DNA of 64,000 nt from Chrysomallon squamiferum (lineage: Eukaryota > Animalia > Mollusca): contig CM022675.1 in the NCBI GenBank assembly GCA_012295275.1, forward strand, positions 7,998,001 to 8,062,000, given 5' to 3'. Positions 59,169 to 64,000 of this stretch are shown here, piece by piece. Position 1 is the stretch's first letter. Every line of letters begins with the position of its first letter. A model generated the notes under the pieces. That model worked only from the letters and a program-made list of their open reading frames with translations, ran no database searches and was not told where the DNA came from. The position numbers and the translations under genes are program-made.

Positions 59169-59568
59169 CACACAGATAAATAGATACAGAGAGATAGACA
59201 GATAGGTAGATAGATAGAAAGATTGACAACATACAGATAGAAAGAGAGATAACGATATAATATAGACATAAGCGTAAAAATGTGATCAATCGAGCAACAT
59301 TGTTGAACACACACACACACACACACATACACACAGACACATAGACACAGGCAGATAATATACAATTGCTTAAATAAATAAATAATCGTAAGTAATTTAT
59401 TTACTTTTAGTAAACTTATTTTTTTTAACTTCTTTTTGGCTCATTTTATTTACTTATTTTATTTACATCTTTTAATTTTCTTTATTTTTTATCATTTTTG
59501 TTTTTTGTATTATGCTGTTGTTGTTTATTTCTGTTTATTTCTGTCATAATGGTGGTTATTAAGAACAG

Positions 59569-59603
<35 letters not shown>

Positions 59604-60187
59604 GTTTTGATATAATGATTATTTCAGTTCAGCACTTTTTTTCATTTTTATTAAACATCATTTTAAAATTTTTCCTCATTAATTCTTTTCTTTGAAAGAA
59701 GAAGAAAAAATATATATATATTTATATATTTATATTATTTATCTTGCCTTTGAATCGTTTTGTTTTGTTTTCTTTCTTTTTTTAAAATGTTTTTATCCAA
59801 AAATAATTTACAAGGAATTAGGATACCCTACATCTCTTAACACTGAGTAATCATCTACATATGAATTTGACAAGGCTACTCTATTCTTCCTCCGTTATTA
59901 TTAATGTTTTAGGTTATAAATATCATAGTCATTCATGTAAATCTTTGCTCAGGATCACAGATAACTAGGTAGTGATTTAGAACTTTGCGGAAGAAAATTA
60001 AAGAAAAAAAACACAAACAAACAACAAAAAGCAAGTCATTAACGAGTCATCTTTTGAGTTTTTCGTGAATCGTAGATAAAAAGGTTCTGCATTCAGACAG
60101 AACAGTGTGACAGACAGAAAGAGGAAGATGGATGTGGTTTTTTTTGTGATGATAGAGATGGGAAGTGAAAGAAAAAAAAGACGAAAG

Positions 60188-60263
<76 letters not shown>

Positions 60264-60309
60264 GTAAAGACAGAGAGAAAGAGAAACAGAGAGAGAAACA
60301 GAGAGAAAC

Positions 60310-60423
<114 letters not shown>

Positions 60424-61069
60424 TAAAGACAGAGAGATATACAGATAGAGAAATAAAGATAGAGAGAGAGTAAAAGAAAGAAATGGATACAATCAGATAG
60501 TCGCTTTGTCCGCTGTGGTACAAGCATCATGGATTCTTACATAAAATGACGTAATTTTGTCTGCACTTATTTTTAGCATGAAATCTCATTAAACTGTAAA
60601 CTATTATTTTTTATTAATTTTTTTTATTATTATTATTAATTATTTAGGATCAGCTATAAATAGAGCTGTAACTCGGATGGATTTCAAACAAAGAAACCGA
60701 TATACTGACAGACTAATGGACAGTAAATAACAATGAAAAAAAAAAAAAAATGAGCCAAAGATTAGTGACCGTTTTCATCTTTTCTCGTCTCGAATTCACA
60801 CAGCAATTAAAAATTCAGTAGAAATGTCATTGTTCTTTTCTCAGACTAACGTAAGTAGGTGTAATTTAAATGTCGCTCGGTATTTGATACGAAAGCTAAA
60901 CATCCACGGATAGATAACAATGACCGATAGTAAAGTTTATTGTTAAATAATTCATTGTTGTCTATTTCTCCGGATACGAAGTCTTCCTGAATAAATTACG
61001 CGAAGAGGAAATTGTCTAATTTTTAGCCCCGAGAGGCCGTGTAATGACGTCACTATTTTGACGTCGTAT

Positions 61070-61173
<104 letters not shown>

Positions 61174-61460
61174 ATCAGTTAAGTAATAATAAAAGTTCCT
61201 ACGTGATAGACAAAACGGTTTCAAAAGGTTAAAATATTCAAAATTCGATTTTTTCAAAAAATGTTGAGTGAGTGAGATAAATGTACGTCATCAGTCTTCA
61301 TTGTTTTTAAACTTAGGAAGAATGTTTTGTTTTTGTTTTCTAATTTTCTTGTTTTTGTTGCAATAAATGTCAGCGATTTAGCCAAAATGACTGTTTATCT
61401 GAATCAGCGGTTTTTCCCATGCATTGTATTATTTTTAATTGTTTCCTTGGTTTGTTTTTG

Positions 61461-61519
<59 letters not shown>

Positions 61520-61779
61520 TTATTTTGCTCGGACATACATAGGTTTAAACAGCCAAAAATCAAGATGTAATTTGTTTGAGATTTTTGAAAACCTTCAGTT
61601 TCTCTTATAGTACAAATAAATGAATAATGTAATAAAATAAGTATTGATCTACTGATGGGTTAATTTCTTAATCACCAAGAAGATTCGATCCCACAAGCCA
61701 TAAATTTGTGACCGAAACACTGTAATAATGAGCTTCATTGCGCTTTCATTATATATGTGTATTAGATTATAGTATACTG

Positions 61780-62345
61780 TATAATATTATATTATATCAT
61801 GTTACATTCTATTGTACAATGTAATATCTTATTATGTTATATTACATTATTTCATATCATATTATATTTATTGTATTACATTATATTGCGTTACGTTACG
61901 TTATGTTACGTTACGTTGCGGTACCTTGCATTACATTACATTGTATTACATTGTATTATATCATATTATGTTACGTTACGTTACAATACATTATATTAAG
62001 TTGTACTGTATTGTATTGTGTTATGTTGTTTTCTGTTGCATTATATTACATTTATGTTATACTAGACTATGCTATGTTGTTATGTTATACTGTTACGTTA
62101 TTTTATATAAAATATATTTTGTATAAGGTATAGATATGAATGTATACACAATGCACACGATGTATGAACACACACATACGCACACATATACATATATATG
62201 TAACATAAAATATAAATATAATATAATACAATATAATATAATATAATATAATATAATATAATATAATATAATATAACATAACTATAATATAATATAATAT
62301 AACATAATATAATATAACATTTATACAGTTTAATACAATATAATG
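61780..62345. repeat. Degenerate pentanucleotide repeats (TTATA/TTACG/TTACA, then AATAT)
   Basis: Directly visible; the two halves are roughly in opposite orientation. Confidence 0.85.
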
Positions 62346-62621
62346 TAATTCAATCCCAAATAATATGATATAATATAAAATAGTGTTGTACCGTATTTTT
62401 TGTATTTTGTTTATTGTTATACAAAATTTACATATCACTGTTAGAAATGATTATCATTTCGCTAATATTATCATCATTTTATGTTCTCTACGTGTGTTTT
62501 GAAATATTCATTTTTATTATATATATTTTTAAAACTATAATCATATTATACATCTCTACATAAGCAAGAGAATATTAACTGTATGAAAAAATATATATCT
62601 ATCTATCTATATATATATATC

Positions 62622-62654
<33 letters not shown>

Positions 62655-63213
62655 TAAATAAAATACAAAACAGTCCAATTATATACTGACAGGATGGGAT
62701 GACATTGCTTTCGTTTGTCTTAATTTACCATTCAGTTTTATTAGAAGAAGAAGAAGAAGAAGAAGAAGAAGAAGAAGAAGAAGAAAACGAGGAGGAGTCT
62801 GAGGGAAGAAAAGAAGACAGGAAGAAAAAAAAAAAAAGAAAAAAAAAATGACGAAAATCTAAGGATGAGTCTCTGAACTCACTTAAAGGGGGAAACGACC
62901 ACAATAATGTTGACAGCAACAACGACAACAACAACAACAACAACAACGTAATCGAGATATTTTAAATGCGTTGTTAATATGGTAATGAATGTAGAAGATT
63001 ATTCATTATTAATCTTAAGTATACTGAGCGTAAAATGTATGGGACGAGTTATTGTCAGGTAATGAGATTTTAACGACTATGACAGCATTTGCAAGTCTCT
63101 TTGAAACCGAGCGATCACGTAATTTAGACTAAAATAAAAACTATTTTTGACTTTTTAATTTGTCAGTGTGAATAGGATAAAAGTACATTACGGAGGACAT
63201 TAATAACAATAAC

Positions 63214-63280
<67 letters not shown>

Positions 63281-63341
63281 TAATAATAATAATAATATAA
63301 TAATAATAATAATAATAAAAAAATAATAATAATAATAATAA

Positions 63342-63374
<33 letters not shown>

Positions 63375-63785
63375 TAATAATATTAATAATAACAATAACA
63401 CTAATAAAAACAATAACAATAAAAATAATAATAATAATAATAATCATCATCATCATCATCATCATCATTATTATTATTACAAATTGTTTATTTGTCTTTC
63501 CTTTTTAGTCTTTTTTCTTTCATTTATACTTTTTTCTTCCTTTCTAATTTATTTTTGAAACAAAGCAAAGAATAAAAAAATAAAAAATAATAATAAAAAT
63601 AAAATAAAAGTGTCTCGACCGTTCTTCAAGCCAAAGGCAGATATAAATAGACAGTCTCTGGTTTCCTTTCGCTGTAAAGATTTGTGTGAGAGACAAACAA
63701 CTGCAGTGAGTTTAATTTGAAACCTCGCAACATAAATAACACACTTCTGTCTCAAACAGCCAGCGTCAAGCTATTCATATTACAG

Positions 63786-63908
<123 letters not shown>

Positions 63909-63940
63909 CTCTTTCTCACTCTGTTCCTCCCAACCTCTCG

Positions 63941-64000
<60 letters not shown>

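Overview
AT-rich eukaryotic (animal, most likely molluscan; inferred from the peptide sequences) genomic DNA dominated by microsatellites. Almost all ORFs in the supplied track are simple-repeat artefacts. Reading splice sites by hand recovers three intron-containing genes. (1) The 3' part of a + strand gene for an extracellular Cys-rich protein (EGF-like exon, ShK-like exon, a further Cys module and a basic tail; 341-3176), whose 5' exons lie upstream of the window. (2) A + strand gene for a ~198-aa secreted 10-Cys protein (6879-11622), whose signal-peptide exon carries a 1-bp frameshift in a T6G4 run. (3) A complete - strand 146-aa tachykinin-related (natalisin-like) neuropeptide precursor (CDS 17566-17462, 16950-16677, 15295-15234), predicted to release FGYMGSR-amide and LIKRPFYASR-amide. 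It has an intron 1 nt after the stop, a 3'UTR exon near 13.2-13.4 kb and a probable TATA-driven non-coding first exon ~27 kb upstream (44694-~44815). From ~17.6 kb to the end I found no convincing coding sequence, only repeats and short unique islands rich in CRE, E-box, X-box and homeodomain-like motifs. All calls are from manual reading; no database search was run.
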